DNA of 64,000 nucleotides from Amoebophrya sp. A120 (taxonomy: Eukaryota > Protista > Dinoflagellata), in assembly GCA_905178155.1 (NCBI GenBank), contig CAJINV010000001.1, positions 999,311 through 1,063,310 of the forward strand. Reading direction: 5' to 3'. Position numbers and translations under genes: made by a program. A model generated the notes under the pieces. It searched no databases, was not told the origin of the DNA, and saw only the letters and a list, made by a program, of their open reading frames with translations. Of this stretch, positions 62,574 through 64,000 are shown in pieces (within the stretch, counting starts at the first letter, position 1; the number at the start of each line of letters is the position of its first letter).

Positions 62574-64000
62574 TCACGGAGACTTGCTGTCTTCCCGACC
62601 GAACCAGCGTTTCACTGTGGTCGCAACGGTGTTCAGCACCGTAGCCGCCCCGGCCGGTTCCGTCGTGTCGCCCTTTGCGATATGCATTGCAAATATGTCT
62701 GGACGTCTGGAGAGATGCAGTTTGTCATGCGAACTTTCGATCAAATAAAAAAAAAATCTGTGTTGCGTAGAAGCCAAAAGTTTTTTGCACACTTGTTGCT
62801 AATTATAGCAACAGGCGTGTTTCTCATCAAATGGCGTAGGCATTAGGAAGGTCATCTCGCGAATTTATCTGCGAAGATGCTTCTGCGTGCAATAGAGACA
62901 AGCCGGTTGTAGTTGTTCGCTTGGATGCATGACGAATAGTCCTGAGATCTTTCAGACCCAGACATATTTGCAGTTGATACGCAAGCTCTGGACCCCAGGT
63001 TGCATGGTTTTGGATCAGCTCCACGATCTCAAAATGCCCTTCGCACCTGCAGATTTAGAAAAATATGTTGCAATCATGTGAGATGGCGCTCGAAGAGCTA
63101 CATACTGGACAAAAATTAGATGCAAACGACCAAAATTTTTATATGAGTTCATGCACGTCCGCTGCAACACGGTGGCGGTGCCACCCAACATTCTTCACAA
63201 CCACAAGACAAGTGCCTCTTTCCTGACCACACGGAAACAGAACATACTTCGCCAGGTCCAGGCAGGTTTGCGCGCCGCGGTCCTTGCAAAGCACGAGTCT
63301 TTTGGTGCAGTGCTTGTGGTTCATCAGAAACTGTACGATGTCCATGAATCCCTTTTCGCAGGCGGCGTGCAGGCAGCTTGTGCCGTACTTAGTTTGCGCG
63401 TTTATCAGGTGAGGTGGAAAATGCTTGTGGTCCAGTAGGTACTCCACGATGTTGGTGTGTCCCGCCTCGCAAGCCGAAAACAAGCATGTTGCGTGGTACA
63501 CATTGAGCGAATGCGTGATCAGTTCCTGAAATTGGAAATAAGGTTCTCTTGTCTTTTCGAAGGTCTCCTAGAAAAAGTTCTTGCTCCGAGGGAGTGATGT
63601 AAAAAAACGGTGGAAGTCATGAGACTCATCATTTTTTGATTGTTTGGGTATTAAGCACTACTGAACAAAGCCAAATAAACCTGTCACAAAATAAACGTCA
63701 GAGATGAATCTTCTACAACGCACCTTTCTCTTCCCGGTGTTGTCGTTTGTGGTGCAGAAATTCATCAACGATTCGACGACGTTCAAGTGGCCCTCGCTGC
63801 AGGCGAGCTGCAGACAGGTCATGTCCTGTTTGTTCTTGGAGAAGAGTAGGTTGTACTTTTCGGCCGCGGGTGACTTCACCAGGTATTCCACAATTAGCAA
63901 ATGCCCCTCGGCCGCCGCCACGTGCAGGCAAGTGTCCCCGAGATTGTTGCGGTACATCACCAGCTATCAAATGCAAATATGTCTGGGTCTGGATCTAGAA
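62574..64000 (-). CDS. Ankyrin-repeat protein (3' part; continues beyond window)
   Basis: Ankyrin motifs GDTCLHVAAAEGHLLIVEYLV, TCLQLACSEGHLNVVESL and GTSCLHAACEKGFMDIVQFL. Confidence 0.85.
62681..62979. mobile_element. TIR introner family A
   Basis: DR TGCGA/CGCAA (both mismatches synonymous). Confidence 0.88.
63965..64000. mobile_element. TIR introner family A, left end only
   Basis: TATCAAATGCAAATATGTCTGGGTCTGG; truncated by the window edge. Confidence 0.85.

Noticed and set aside
1215-63990. Recurring ~30-bp repeat as a CRISPR array
   Set aside because: Copies are dispersed inverted pairs bounding introns, with no regular repeat-spacer period and no cas genes.
1063-63998. Many ORFs sharing peptides [26 protein letters not shown] or NAKMSGSG
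   Set aside because: These are translations of the family A TIR in different frames, not a protein repeat family.
1-64000. tRNA, rRNA or spliced-leader relics
   Set aside because: None recognised by eye; tRNAscan-SE, Infernal and a search for CCGTAGCCATTTTGGCTCAAG would be needed.

Overview
Eukaryotic, intron-rich DNA with nine protein-coding genes, all on the minus strand. Gene content, the unidirectional cluster and the intron type point to an alveolate, most likely the parasitic dinoflagellate Amoebophrya; this is an inference, not verified. The dominant feature is a system of 45 non-canonical introns (44 complete, 1 cut by the window edge), 150-665 bp long. Nearly every one starts with TAT (one TAC), ends with ATA, has terminal inverted repeats and is flanked by a 5-bp direct repeat. 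They fall into at least four sequence families plus singletons, occur in both orientations, sit only inside genes and show no GT-AG ends where checked. At every junction I translated, removing the element plus one repeat copy restores the reading frame. This reconstructs an ABCB transporter, a DnaJ/thioredoxin-like/PDZ-like membrane protein, a TauE/SafE transporter, an ~5,090-aa orphan protein, a small hypothetical protein, two secreted coiled-coil proteins, a helical-repeat (HPR-like) protein and an ankyrin protein. Other notable points: mismatches between repeat copies are mostly synonymous; all families share a TGTCATGC-type motif; five elements carry nested inserts duplicated at that motif; and a 1.24-kb insertion with 42-bp direct repeats interrupts the giant gene. 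Family labels A-D are mine. Coordinates were read by eye and may be off by a few bases.
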